A stretch of DNA of 64,000 nucleotides, from contig JBGAGQ010000031.1 in assembly GCA_044226625.1 (NCBI GenBank), forward strand, positions 1 to 64,000, read 5' to 3'. The stretch is from Thermoanaerobaculia bacterium. GTDB lineage: Bacteria; Acidobacteriota; Thermoanaerobaculia; Multivoradales; UBA5704. Position 1 is the first letter of the stretch. Each line of letters opens with the position of its first letter. A model generated the notes under the pieces. It did not search any database and was not told the DNA's origin. It was given only the letters and a program-made list of their open reading frames with translations. Positions 8,880-18,814 of this stretch are shown here, one piece after another. The position numbers and the translations under genes are program-made.

Positions 8880-10628
8880 TTACATCCCCGACAGCCGGCG
8901 AAGCTCGGCGAAGCGGGGATCGTCGCGCAACGGATCGAGCACCGGGGCGGTGCGAAACCAGGAGACGTACCAGGAGCGCTCTTCAAGGCTCCGAGCGAGC
9001 TCCTCGAGGCAGCGGTCCCGATGTCCGAGGCCGAGGTGGACGAGGGCGCGATGGCAGGCCGCGACATGTGGATATCGGCCGGGTGTCTCGAGCTCGGCGA
9101 GCACGGCCTCCGCCTCGCTTCGCCGGCCCGCAAGGCCGAGCGCGCGTCCGACGTCGGCGGCGATTTCCGCGACGTCCGGCTCGGCCCGTCGCGCCGCCTC
9201 GAATCGTTCGAGCGCGAGGTCGATGTCGCCCAGCGCTTCGTGGCAGCGGCCGACCAGCACCTCCGCGAGCCAGAAATCGGGATCGACCCCGCGAGCCCGC
9301 CGCGCCGCTTCGATCGCCCGTTCGTAGCGACGCGCGAAATGCGAACAGGAAAGCTCGTAGAGATGATGCTCCAGGTCGTAGGGATCGGCTTCCGCGGCGC
9401 GGGCGAGCAACGCGAAGCCTTCGGCGAAGCGCCCGTCGAGCGTCGCGAACCATGCCGCCAGGCGCAGCGTCGAAGGACATCCGGGATCGAGCGCGAAAGC
9501 CGCATCGAGCTCTCGTTCGGCCGCGGGTCGGTCTCGGTCGTGCCAGAACGCGACCCCGGCGAGAGCGGCCCTCGCGACCGCCAGGCCGGGATCGAGCGCT
9601 AGGGCGCGAGAAGCCGCGGATCGAGCGCGCGGGATCGCTTCGGCCGGCGAGACGAACAGCTCGAGCGCCATCAGGTCGGCGTAGGCCACCCCTTCGTGCG
9701 CGAGGGCGAAGCTCGGATCCCGCCGCGTCGATTCGGCGAGCGCGGCGAGGGCGTCACGGTACCCCTTGGAGGTCAGCCGGTTCGCGGCGTAGCGGCCCCG
9801 CAGATAGAGGCGATAGGCCTCGGGGTCCGCCGTGCCGCGTCGCCAGGGCGGGCGATCGCTGCGCCAACGGAGGGCGAGGGTGTAGGCGATCCGTTCGGCG
9901 ATGCGGTCCTCGACGGCGAGAAAATCATCCAGCCGTTCCCCGAGGCGCTCGGCCCAGAGCACGTCGCCGCTTTCAACGGAAAGGAGCTGGGCGCTCACCG
10001 AGAGACGGTCCCCGACCACGCGGAGGTGGCCGTCGAGGACCAGATCGGCCTTGAGCTCGCGCCCCGCGTCGATCGGGTCGAAGTCGGTCTCGGCGAAGCG
10101 GCGGACGGCCCCGGTCGACCGGGGCCGGAGGCCGGAGAATCCCGAGAGGCGCGCGATGAGCGCGTCGGCAAGACCGATCCCTAGATACGTGCCGTCGGCC
10201 GAGCCCGCGAGCATGCGAAACGGCAGCACGGCGAGCACCGGGAGGCGAGGCTCGAATTCGGAGCGCGAAGCCTCCGGGCTCGGACGCGTTTCGGCGACCG
10301 CTTCCTCCTCCGGAACGCCGATGAACCGATAGCCGTGGCGCGCGACGGTTTCGATCCAGCGAGGCGCGCCCTTGGCGTCGCCGATCGCGCGCCGCAGCGC
10401 CGAGACCGCCTGGGCCAGGTTGTTCTCCTCGACGAGGACGTCCGGCCAGACTTTTTGGAAAAGCATTTCCTTGGTGACCAGGCGGCCCGGTTCGGCGAGC
10501 AACAGCAGGAGGATCTCGCAAGACTTCCGGGGCAAGTCGACGAGCTTGCCGTCCCGCTCGAGAACCCTGCGCGCGGTATCGATCTCGAGGCCGGCGAATC
10601 GGTGGCGTCGGTACGGATCGGGGCTCAT
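8880..10628 (-). CDS. OmpR/CadC-type winged-helix + TolB-like + TPR transcriptional regulator
   Basis: VTKEMLFQKVWPD..VEENNLAQAVSALRRAIGD...IETVARHGYRF; LAVLPF; EAYRLYLRGRY; TPR repeats. Confidence 0.9.
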   Translation of the reverse strand: MSPDPYRRHRFAGLEIDTARRVLERDGKLVDLPRKSCEILLLLLAEPGRLVTKEMLFQKVWPDVLVEENNLAQAVSALRRAIGDAKGAPRWIETVARHGYRFIGVPEEEAVAETRPSPEASRSEFEPRLPVLAVLPFRMLAGSADGTYLGIGLADALIARLSGFSGLRPRSTGAVRRFAETDFDPIDAGRELKADLVLDGHLRVVGDRLSVSAQLLSVESGDVLWAERLGERLDDFLAVEDRIAERIAYTLALRWRSDRPPWRRGTADPEAYRLYLRGRYAANRLTSKGYRDALAALAESTRRDPSFALAHEGVAYADLMALELFVSPAEAIPRARSAASRALALDPGLAVARAALAGVAFWHDRDRPAAERELDAAFALDPGCPSTLRLAAWFATLDGRFAEGFALLARAAEADPYDLEHHLYELSCSHFARRYERAIEAARRARGVDPDFWLAEVLVGRCHEALGDIDLALERFEAARRAEPDVAEIAADVGRALGLAGRRSEAEAVLAELETPGRYPHVAACHRALVHLGLGHRDRCLEELARSLEERSWYVSWFRTAPVLDPLRDDPRFAELRRLSGM

Positions 10629-10818
10629 CTCGGGAGACCTGAGATTTCAGAACTTTCAGGGTTCGGCCCAAGACATTGAGCGACGCGGAGGGCGAAGCTT
10701 GCCCCCGGATCGGACATCGCTCGTCGTGGATGCTGAAGAGTCTATCCCGACCGTGTCGGGGCGTCGAACGGACGGGCGCGAAGCCGACCTGTAAGACACC
10801 AAAGAAAGGAAATACCCC

Positions 10819-11445
10819 ATGTCCCGTTTGTCGAGCCTTCGGCCCGTCACCCTCTTCTCCTTGGCACCTTTGCTGGTCGCCGCATTCTTTCCCATCGCGG
10901 TCCGTCCCGCGGCGGCGGCCGAGGCCGAAAGTTTCGGCGCCGCGTTGGATCGGGCCCGCCATCTGCTGATCGAGTCGCACGTCAAGGGCTCGATCCCCGC
11001 TTCGGTTTCCGCCGCACCGCTGGCCGCCCTGCCTCAGGCCTCCGCGCCCCGCGTGGAGGGAAACGCCGGCTCAGGGCTCGTCGGTACCTGGCGCGTTCAC
11101 GTTCCGGGCGAAGATCCGAGCCAGGACTTCGACGCTCTTCAGACCTTCCACGCCGATGGCACGTTCACCGAAACCTCCAGTCTTTTCGCGACGCTCACCG
11201 AAGGGCCTGCGCATGGCGTCTGGGGAGATACCGAGCAGGGGACCCTCCTCACCTTCCATCTCTTCGGCTTCGAAAACGGCGTGTCCTATGGCCGCATCAG
11301 GGTCCGCAACCGGATCACCCTGACGGGTCGGAACACCTTTACGGCCACGTCCACCGTGGACATCCTGCCCCTCGGCGGGCCGCCCGTGCTCGCGGTGGCC
11401 ACCGGTGAGTTCACCGGCGTTCGGTTGGGCCTGCTGGCGCCGTGA
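10819..11445 (+). CDS. Secreted beta-barrel (lipocalin-like) hypothetical protein
   Basis: AAGGA RBS, signal peptide, LVGTW, TFHADGTF, HGVW motifs; divergent from the wHTH-TPR regulator. Confidence 0.7.
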   Translation: MSRLSSLRPVTLFSLAPLLVAAFFPIAVRPAAAAEAESFGAALDRARHLLIESHVKGSIPASVSAAPLAALPQASAPRVEGNAGSGLVGTWRVHVPGEDPSQDFDALQTFHADGTFTETSSLFATLTEGPAHGVWGDTEQGTLLTFHLFGFENGVSYGRIRVRNRITLTGRNTFTATSTVDILPLGGPPVLAVATGEFTGVRLGLLAP

Positions 11446-12575
11446 CCGTCCTTCCAGAGTCTCAAGGAGCGCCGGCGAGCGACGCGGTGCTCTCGATTCT
11501 CGACGGTTTTTGGATTCCGTTCGCCGCACGGTTGGCGTGGGAGATCGGGCTGTTCGAGACGCTCGCGACGAAAGGTCGCACGGTCGCCGAGGTGGCACGG
11601 GCTCTGGGTTTGGCGGAGCGGCCGGTCGAGGCGCTCGCCGCAGCCGCGGCGAGCCTCGACCTGCTGCGCCGTTCGGCGCGACATGGCGAGTGGCTCGAGC
11701 TCACGCCGACGGCCAGGGCGTACCTGGTGAGTGGGAGCCCCTGGTCGATGGCCCCGGTGCTCGACATGATGCGGCATGCGGAAGGCGGTGGAGAAGGGGC
11801 GAGCGACGCGGAGGTCTCCGGCACCGCGTTTCTCGACCTTCCCGACCTGCTCCGGCTCGCGGTCTCGACCGACCGGCCCCAGCTGCCGCGAGAGGTCCCG
11901 AGCGACGGTGTGGCCGGTCTGGAGCGCCTGCGAAGCGACGCCGGGTTCGCGAACCGGTTCACCGCCGCGATGGAGGCGCACGGCCGACCGGCCGCTCAGG
12001 CTTGGCCCAGGAGGATGCCGCTCGAAGGTCATCGTGTCCTGCTCGATCTCGCCGGCGGTTCGGGGGTCCACGCCCGAGCGGCGCTTTCCGCGTATCCGCA
12101 TCTGTCGGCCATCGTGCTCGAGTTGCCGGAGGTCGTCGAGGCGGCAGAGAGGCTCGGCTTCTCCCGCATGGGAGAAGAAGCGGACGCCGAGGGCGGAGCT
12201 TGCGACCGGCTCCGTTTCGTCTCCGGGGATCTATGGCACGATCGGTGGCCGGACGCCGACGTGCATTTCTTCTCCGACGTGTTTCACGACTGGTCGGTCG
12301 ATCGAGGCCGAGAGCTCGCCGGGCGGAGCTTCGCTCGGCTTCCCGCCGGCGGCCGGATCATCGTTCACGAGCTCCTGCTCGACGACGATCGTTCGGGGCC
12401 GGCGCCGGTCGTGGCGAGCACCGTATCGATGCTCCTTTGGACCGAGGGACGGCAGTACTCGGCCGAGGAGCTGAAGGAGGTTCTCGGACAGGCGGGTTTC
12501 GTCGAGATCGAGGTCGAGCGGACGCTCGGCTGTTGGGGGTTGGTTTCCGGGCGCAAGCCGGAGGACGAACCGTGA
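11442..12575 (+). CDS. SAM-dependent O-methyltransferase (Methyltransf_2 with dimerisation domain)
   Basis: LLDLAGGSG, FVSGDLW, DVFHDWS, EGRQYS; GTGA overlap with the upstream gene. Confidence 0.85.
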   Translation: MTVLPESQGAPASDAVLSILDGFWIPFAARLAWEIGLFETLATKGRTVAEVARALGLAERPVEALAAAAASLDLLRRSARHGEWLELTPTARAYLVSGSPWSMAPVLDMMRHAEGGGEGASDAEVSGTAFLDLPDLLRLAVSTDRPQLPREVPSDGVAGLERLRSDAGFANRFTAAMEAHGRPAAQAWPRRMPLEGHRVLLDLAGGSGVHARAALSAYPHLSAIVLELPEVVEAAERLGFSRMGEEADAEGGACDRLRFVSGDLWHDRWPDADVHFFSDVFHDWSVDRGRELAGRSFARLPAGGRIIVHELLLDDDRSGPAPVVASTVSMLLWTEGRQYSAEELKEVLGQAGFVEIEVERTLGCWGLVSGRKPEDEP

Positions 12576-13966
12576 ACGAAAAGGCGGCGGATCCTTCCGT
12601 GCCCGAATTCGCCGGCGCACCCGCCGCGAACCTGCGCCGCCGGCTCGGCCTCTTCGACCTCGTCCTGGCCCAGGTGCTCCTCGTGGTCGGCACGAACTGG
12701 TTCGGCGTCGCGGCCAAGCTCGGCGGATCGGCGCTGCAGCTTTGGATCGTCGCGATCGCGCTGTTCCATCTACCGCTCGCCTTCGTGGTGATCCGCCTCA
12801 CCCGAGCCTGCCCGATCGAAGGGGGAGGTTTCGAGTGGGCGGGGCGCGCGTTCGGTCCGACGATCGGGTTGCTCTATGGCTGGAGCTTCTGGCTCTTCGT
12901 CCTGGTCTTCACGGCGGCGGGCTCGCTCGGCGCGGCGACGGGGCTCGCTTACGCGCTCCTTCCCGGAGGAGCCGCGGCGCTCGACCAGCCCTTGCCGCTC
13001 GCCCTCGGCGCGGTCTCGGTGCTCGCCCTGATCGCGTTCCTCGCCCTCCGAGGGTTCGGGTCGGCGCGCTGGTTTCAAAACGCCGCGGCGCTGGGATTTT
13101 TCGCACTGATGCTCCTGCTCGCCGCGCGGGTCCTCGGCGCGATTTTCTCGGGAACGGCGGAGGTCCTCGCTCCCGCGGTTCCTCCGTGGAGCCTGGCGAC
13201 GCTCGCGCATGCGTCCAAGCTCGCCGTGTACGGTCTCGCCGGGCTCGAGGCGATGTCGATCTTGAGCGGCGAGGTGCGCGACCCCAAGCACTCGCTCCCT
13301 CGTTCGGTGGCTTTCGCGGCGCCGTTGATCGGGCTCGTCTACCTGATCGGCACGGCGGCCGTCCTGGTGTCGGTCGATCGAGATGCCATCGATCTGGTCA
13401 ATCCGGCGGCGCAGGTCCTCACGGCGGGCGGGGGCGCGCTCGCCTCGATCGTCTTGATCCTCCTCCTGGCTCGCGATCTCGGCCAGTCGGGGCAGGCTTT
13501 CGCGGCCGCGGCGCGGCTGCCGATGGTCGCGGGCTGGAACGGCCTCCTCCCGGCCGGTTTCGGAAACCTCGACCCCCGGGGAGTCCCGCGGCGCGCGGTG
13601 CTCGTCTCGGCGGGGGCCGCCGTGGCGCTCGCGCTGCTGGCGGTGGCGAGCGCCGGCCGTCAGGAGGCGTTCCAGCTCCTTCTCTCCGCGGCGGGCGTGC
13701 TGTTCGGGCTTTGTTACGTCACGCTGTTCCTGATTCCGCTCGCCGCCTCGCGCAGGCTTGGATTGATCCCTACGGTGCCGCTCCGCGCGGCCGCCGCGTC
13801 AGGGCTCGTCTCGACGCTTCTCTTTCTCGGATTCTCGGTCTATCCCATCGTCGAGGTGGCGGATCCCGGTCGCTTCGCCTTCCAGGTTCTGGCCACGGTC
13901 GCCGTGCTGGAGCTGCCGGGCGTCATCTTGCTCTTTCGAAGGCGCTTGGCGGGAAGGCGGGCCTGA
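12572..13966 (+). CDS. APC family amino acid/polyamine permease
   Basis: LRRRLGLFDLV, PIEGGGFEW, AGLEAMSILSGEVRDP, about 12 TM helices; GTG 12572 overlaps the methyltransferase stop. The upstream part of ORF 11405 is not coding in this frame. Confidence 0.85.
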   Translation: MNEKAADPSVPEFAGAPAANLRRRLGLFDLVLAQVLLVVGTNWFGVAAKLGGSALQLWIVAIALFHLPLAFVVIRLTRACPIEGGGFEWAGRAFGPTIGLLYGWSFWLFVLVFTAAGSLGAATGLAYALLPGGAAALDQPLPLALGAVSVLALIAFLALRGFGSARWFQNAAALGFFALMLLLAARVLGAIFSGTAEVLAPAVPPWSLATLAHASKLAVYGLAGLEAMSILSGEVRDPKHSLPRSVAFAAPLIGLVYLIGTAAVLVSVDRDAIDLVNPAAQVLTAGGGALASIVLILLLARDLGQSGQAFAAAARLPMVAGWNGLLPAGFGNLDPRGVPRRAVLVSAGAAVALALLAVASAGRQEAFQLLLSAAGVLFGLCYVTLFLIPLAASRRLGLIPTVPLRAAAASGLVSTLLFLGFSVYPIVEVADPGRFAFQVLATVAVLELPGVILLFRRRLAGRRA

Positions 13967-14076
13967 CTTTCCCACCGCGTCCCTCTGAACCTTTCCTCTC
14001 TTCCGCCGTATGCTTCCGGGAGCCCGTGTGTCGAATCCGCGAGCACCTTCGCGTAACCACTGATAGGAGCAGCGCC

Positions 14077-17000
14077 TTGAGAAAGAGAGCGATGGCCCTG
14101 GCCGCCCTTTTGGGGCTTGTTTCCGGTTTGGGGCTGCCGCCCCTCGTCTCGGCGCAGACGCCGAGCGCACAACAGGAAGATCCGACCAAGAAGGAAGCTC
14201 TGAAGAAAGAGAAGCTCGCCAAGGAAGAGCAGGAGAAAGAGGCGAGAGAGGCCGCCGCGAAGCGCGAGCAAGAGGCCGCGGCGGGAGTGAAGAAGGACGA
14301 AAAGGCCAATTCCCCCAAGGCCCGCTCGAAGAAGGCCGAGACCAAGAAGGCGGACGAGAAGAAGGACCTTTGGAACGCCGACACCTTCGCCGGTCTGGAG
14401 CTTCGGGGCATCGGTCCGGCGCTCACCTCCGGCCGGATCGTGGACATCGTGGTCGATCCGAACGACCGGAGCGTGATCTACCTCGCGGCCGCCGCGGCGG
14501 GAATCTGGAAGAGCACGAATCGCGGAGTGACCTGGAAGCCGATCTTCGATGGCGAATCGGTTTACTCGATCGGTTGCCTCGCGATCGACCCCAAGGATTC
14601 GCTCACGATCTGGGCCGGTAGCGGCGAGAACAACAGCCAGCGGAGCGTCTCGTGGGGCGACGGCATCTACAAGTCGACCGACGGCGGCGCGACCTGGAAG
14701 AACATGGGTTTGGCCAAGTCGGAGCACATCGGCAAGATCCTGGTCGATCCGCGCGACTCGAATGTCGTCTGGGTCGCGGCGCAAGGACCGCTCTGGGCGC
14801 CCGGCGGCGACCGCGGCCTTTACAAGACCACCGACGGCGGCAAGACCTGGAAAAAGGTGCTGGAGATCTCGGAGAACACCGGCGTCTCCGACCTGGCGAT
14901 GGATCCGCGGAACCCGGACGTCGTCTATGCCGTCTCCTACCAGCGGCGGCGCCACGTCTGGACCCTGATCAACGGCGGACCCGAGTCGGGCATCTACAAG
15001 ACGCGCGACGGCGGCGCCAGCTGGACGAAGCTGTCGAACGGGCTGCCGAAAGAGGACATGGGGCGGATCGGGATCGCCCTGGCTCCGACCGCGCCCGATA
15101 CCGTCTACGCGACGATCGAATCGACGCGGAAGGCGGGAGGCTTCTTCCGTTCGCGGGACGGAGGCGCGAGCTGGGAGCGGACGATCAAGACCGTTTCCTC
15201 CTCGCCGCAGTACTACCAGGAGCTGTTCGCCGATCCGAAGGACGCGGATCGGGTCTACGCGGCCGATACCTTCCTCCAGGTTTCCGAGGACGGCGGCACG
15301 ACCTTCGCCAACTTGGGCGAGGAGTACAAGCACGTCGACAACCATGCGGTCTGGATCGATCCGGAGGACACGCGGCATCTGCTGGTCGGCTGCGATGGCG
15401 GCCTCTACGAGTCGTTCGACCGGGGCAAGAGCTGGCGCCACACCCCGAACCTGTCGATCGCCCAGTTCTACCGCGTCGCGGTCGACAACAGCGAGCCGTT
15501 CTATTTCGTCTACGGCGGCACGCAGGACAACTTCAGCCTGGGGGGACCGTCGCGTACGACCAACGGCCACGGCATCGTCTCGGCCGATTGGTTCGTAACC
15601 CAAGGGGGAGACGGCTTCTTCAGCCAGGTCGATCCGTCGAATCCGAACATCGTCTACGCCGAGTCGCAGCACGGCGGTCTGGTCCGCTTCGACCGGAAGA
15701 GCGGCGAGCAGGTGGACATCCAGCCGCAATCGGGCGTGGGGGAGCCGGCGCTCAAGTGGAATTGGGACTCGCCGATCCTGATCAGCCCGCACTCGCCGAT
15801 TCGACTCTATTTCGCGGCGCAGCGCCTGTTCCGGAGCGACGACCGAGGGGACACCTGGCGCCCAGTTTCGCCCGACCTGACCCGGCAGATCGACCGCAAC
15901 CTGCTCCCGGTGATGGGCAAGATCTGGGGGATCGACGCGGTCGCTAAGAACGCCTCGACCTCGTTCTACGGCAACATCGTTTCGCTGGCGGAATCTCCGG
16001 TTGCGGAGGGTGTCCTTTACGTCGGAACCGACGACGGTCTGATCCAGGTGAGCGAGGACGGCGGCGCGCATTGGCGGAAGGCCGACGCCTTCCCGGGCGT
16101 GCCGGAAAACACCTATGTTTCGAGGCTGGAAGCGGACGCCAAGGACGCCAATGTCGTCTACGCGGCGTTCGACAACCACAAGCGGGGGGATTTCAACGCC
16201 TACCTCCTGAAGAGCGCCGACCGCGGGCGCACCTGGGTTTCGATCGCGGGCGACCTGCCGAAGACGAGCCCGGTCTATGCGGTCAAACAGGATCCGGACT
16301 CCCCCGGCCTGATGTTCGCCGGAACCGAGTGGGGGCTCTACTTCACCAAGGACGGCGGCAAGCGCTGGCTGCAGCTCAAAGGCGGCCTGCCGACCATCGC
16401 CGTTCGCGACATCGCGGTCCAACGCCGGGAAGGCGATCTGGTGCTCGCGAGCTTCGGCCGCGGCTTCTTCGTGCTCGACGACCTGACCCCGCTGCGTGAG
16501 GCGACTCCCCAGACGGTCGAGAAGGAGGCGGAGCTGTTCGACTTGCGGCCGGCCAAGATGTACATCGAAGCCCGGCCGGGCGGAGACGCGGGTCCGGGTT
16601 TCCGCGGCGCGACGTTCTTCACCGCCCCCAATCCGCCGTTCGGTGCGGTCTTCACGTACTACCTCAAGGAGGGGCTCCTCTCTCGCGAGAAGCAGCGGTA
16701 CAAGCGGGAGAAGGAGGCGGCGAAGGCCGACAGCAAAGACGCGAAGGGGGCGGCCGCGCGCGACGTCGAGCACCCCTATCCGAGCTGGGACGAGCTTCGG
16801 AAAGAGGAGCGCGAGCCCGATCCGGAGATCGTGCTGACGATCACCGATGAGCAGGGCCAGGTCGTCCGCCGCCTGACCGGCGACGCCTCGGCCGGCTTCC
16901 ATCGAGTCGCTTGGAACCTGCGGTATCCGGACGCCTCGCCGATCGACCTCGAAGCGTCGGATTCCGAGGATGGAGGCCTCGACGGCCCGCTTGCGGCGGC

Positions 17001-17589
17001 CGGAACCTACAAGGTGCAGCTCGCGAAGAGAGTGGACGGCGTCCTCACTCCGATCGGCGAGGCGCGGACCTTCCGGGCCGAGCCGCTCGCACTCGGCTCG
17101 CTGCCGGCGGCGGATCAGCGGCAGGTGCTCGCTTTCCACTCGAAGGTCGCCCGCCTGCAGCGGGCGGTCATGGGGGCGTCGAGCTTGATCGCGGAGACCC
17201 GGGAACGGATCGACCATTTGAGAAAGGCGGTCGAGGTGACCCCCGGCGCCGATCCGGCCCTCTACGGCCAGTTGGAGGCGATCGAGAACCGGCTGGACGA
17301 TCTGGAAATCGAGCTCTCCGGCGATTCGACGATCGCCCGGCGGAACGAGCCGGTGCCTCCGGCGATCTCGGATCGGATCACCCTTATTCTCTACGGCGCC
17401 TGGGGCTCCACCTCAGCTCCGACCGCGACCCACTTGGAGAGCTATCGGATCGCCGCCGAGCAGACCGGTCCGTTCCTCGACAAGCTCCGTACGCTCGTCG
17501 AGGTCGACCTACCGAAGATCGAAAGCCAGCTCGACGCGGCGGGTGCCCCCTGGACGCCCGGCCGGGTTCCAAGCTGGAAGCCGGAGTAG
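14077..17589 (+). CDS. Secreted Asp-box (BNR) VPS10/sortilin-like beta-propeller protein (often annotated glycosyl hydrolase)
   Basis: AGGAG RBS before TTG 14077, signal peptide, K/E-rich linker, RGIGPALTSGRI, 11 (S/T)x(D/N)xGx(T/S/H/R)(W/F) Asp-box-like motifs, C-terminal helical region. Confidence 0.85.
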   Translation: MRKRAMALAALLGLVSGLGLPPLVSAQTPSAQQEDPTKKEALKKEKLAKEEQEKEAREAAAKREQEAAAGVKKDEKANSPKARSKKAETKKADEKKDLWNADTFAGLELRGIGPALTSGRIVDIVVDPNDRSVIYLAAAAAGIWKSTNRGVTWKPIFDGESVYSIGCLAIDPKDSLTIWAGSGENNSQRSVSWGDGIYKSTDGGATWKNMGLAKSEHIGKILVDPRDSNVVWVAAQGPLWAPGGDRGLYKTTDGGKTWKKVLEISENTGVSDLAMDPRNPDVVYAVSYQRRRHVWTLINGGPESGIYKTRDGGASWTKLSNGLPKEDMGRIGIALAPTAPDTVYATIESTRKAGGFFRSRDGGASWERTIKTVSSSPQYYQELFADPKDADRVYAADTFLQVSEDGGTTFANLGEEYKHVDNHAVWIDPEDTRHLLVGCDGGLYESFDRGKSWRHTPNLSIAQFYRVAVDNSEPFYFVYGGTQDNFSLGGPSRTTNGHGIVSADWFVTQGGDGFFSQVDPSNPNIVYAESQHGGLVRFDRKSGEQVDIQPQSGVGEPALKWNWDSPILISPHSPIRLYFAAQRLFRSDDRGDTWRPVSPDLTRQIDRNLLPVMGKIWGIDAVAKNASTSFYGNIVSLAESPVAEGVLYVGTDDGLIQVSEDGGAHWRKADAFPGVPENTYVSRLEADAKDANVVYAAFDNHKRGDFNAYLLKSADRGRTWVSIAGDLPKTSPVYAVKQDPDSPGLMFAGTEWGLYFTKDGGKRWLQLKGGLPTIAVRDIAVQRREGDLVLASFGRGFFVLDDLTPLREATPQTVEKEAELFDLRPAKMYIEARPGGDAGPGFRGATFFTAPNPPFGAVFTYYLKEGLLSREKQRYKREKEAAKADSKDAKGAAARDVEHPYPSWDELRKEEREPDPEIVLTITDEQGQVVRRLTGDASAGFHRVAWNLRYPDASPIDLEASDSEDGGLDGPLAAAGTYKVQLAKRVDGVLTPIGEARTFRAEPLALGSLPAADQRQVLAFHSKVARLQRAVMGASSLIAETRERIDHLRKAVEVTPGADPALYGQLEAIENRLDDLEIELSGDSTIARRNEPVPPAISDRITLILYGAWGSTSAPTATHLESYRIAAEQTGPFLDKLRTLVEVDLPKIESQLDAAGAPWTPGRVPSWKPE

Positions 17590-17732
17590 GGGCAGACCCG
17601 GCTGGGCGGCCTGTGATCGACCTCCCGGCCGGGTTCCAAGCTGGAAGCCGGAGTAGAGGAAGATCCGGAAGATCCGGCTGGGCGGCCTGTGATCGATCGC
17701 CCGGCCGGGTTCCGAGCTGGAAGCCGGAGTAG
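17557..17732 (+). repeat. Triplication of the last 33 bp of the VPS10-like gene with related linkers (periods 67 and 76 bp)
   Basis: CCCGGCCGGGTTCC(A/G)AGCTGGAAGCCGGAGTAG at 17557, 17624 and 17700; both linkers contain CCGGCTGGGCGGCCTGTGATCGA. Confidence 0.95.
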
Positions 17733-17909
17733 GACTCTTCTCCACGCGGGCGGCCGTTCCGGCCGTCCGCGGCCCTTCCCCCCGCCCTCCCTTCGCGAGA
17801 GAATGCCGGTTCCGCTCCGGGCTCCCCCCAGGAACCGGCGCTCCCGTTCGATTTCGACCGTAAGTCCGCGAGAGGCTCTCTTTCGAGACCCCGCGAGAGA
17901 GGCCCGTCC

Positions 17910-18812
17910 GTGCAGACGCTCCAAGAACTCATCCTCCGGCTGCAGGCGTTCTGGGCCGAGCAGGGCTGCGTGATCCAGCAGCCGCTCGATCTCGAAGTGG
18001 GCGCCGGCACCATGCATCCCGATACTTTCCTGCGGGTCCTCGGCCCCGAGCCGTGGAAGGTCGCCTACGTCCAGCCTTCGCGCCGACCGGCCGACGGCCG
18101 TTACGGCGACAACCCGTTCCGCCTGGGCAAACACCAGCAGTACCAGGTGATCCTCAAGCCGGCGCCGAAGGACGTCCAAAGCCTCTACGTGCGGAGCCTG
18201 GAGGCGATCGGGCTCGACCTGACCCAGCACGACCTCCGCTTCGAGGAGGACAACTGGGAGGCGCCGACGCTCGGCGCCTGGGGCCTCGGCTGGCAGGTGA
18301 TGCTCGACGGCATGGAGATCACCCAGTTCACCTATTTCCAGCAGGCCGGGGGGCTGGAGCTCGAGCCGATCAGCGCCGAGCTGACCTACGGTCTGGAGCG
18401 CCTCACCATGTTCCTCGCCCAGGCGCGGAGCATCTACGACATCGGGTGGGTTCCGGGCGGCGTCGACTACGGCGAGGTTCGCCATCAGGAAGAGTACGAG
18501 CTGTCCCGCTACTACTTCGAGATCGCGGACGTCACGTTCCTGCAGCAGATCTTCGACGGTCAAGAGCGCGAGGCGAAGCGCTGCCTGGAGCTCAATCTGG
18601 TCCTGCCGGCCTACGAGTGCGCGCTCAAATGCTCCCATGCGTTCAACGTGCTCGATGCCCGGGGGGCCGTCTCGGTCACCGAGCGGGTGGCGCTGATGAA
18701 GCGGGTGCGCGATCTCGCCTGCGCCTGCGCCCGCGGCTACGTCGAAAGCCGCGAGCGGCTCGGCTTTCCTCTCTTGCGCGGCGCGGCGTCCGCCGTCGGG
18801 AAGGAGGCCTGA
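17910..18812 (+). CDS. glyQ: Glycine--tRNA ligase alpha subunit
   Basis: [58 protein letters not shown]. Confidence 0.97.
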   Translation: MQTLQELILRLQAFWAEQGCVIQQPLDLEVGAGTMHPDTFLRVLGPEPWKVAYVQPSRRPADGRYGDNPFRLGKHQQYQVILKPAPKDVQSLYVRSLEAIGLDLTQHDLRFEEDNWEAPTLGAWGLGWQVMLDGMEITQFTYFQQAGGLELEPISAELTYGLERLTMFLAQARSIYDIGWVPGGVDYGEVRHQEEYELSRYYFEIADVTFLQQIFDGQEREAKRCLELNLVLPAYECALKCSHAFNVLDARGAVSVTERVALMKRVRDLACACARGYVESRERLGFPLLRGAASAVGKEA

Positions 18813-18814
18813 TC

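Noticed and set aside
11405-14076. Long N-terminal extensions in the ORF track (11405, 12742; likewise 18053, 37051, 43887, 46822, 53927, 58916)
   Set aside because: The extensions are R/G/P-rich alternate-frame readings of neighbouring genes; starts were reassigned by RBS, overlap and motif onset
14160-14370. A-rich low-complexity stretch suggesting a foreign insert or repeat
   Set aside because: It simply encodes the Lys/Glu-rich linker of the VPS10-like protein
13840-17217. 1125-aa antisense ORF and other long overlapping ORFs (for example 2997..5291, 3997..5679, 19562..21088, 51852..53834, 53096..55390, 56440..58302)
   Set aside because: Shadow ORFs expected at this GC content; they overlap genes with clear family motifs and have no motifs of their own
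17557-17732. CRISPR array (33-bp repeats with 34/43-bp spacers)
   Set aside because: The repeat is the coding 3' end of the upstream gene, the two spacers share 23 bp, and no cas genes are present
17733-17909. T-box or glycine riboswitch upstream of glyQS
   Set aside because: No T-box consensus (GGTGGNACCGCG) or recognisable aptamer; tyrS likewise has no leader because it overlaps dapF
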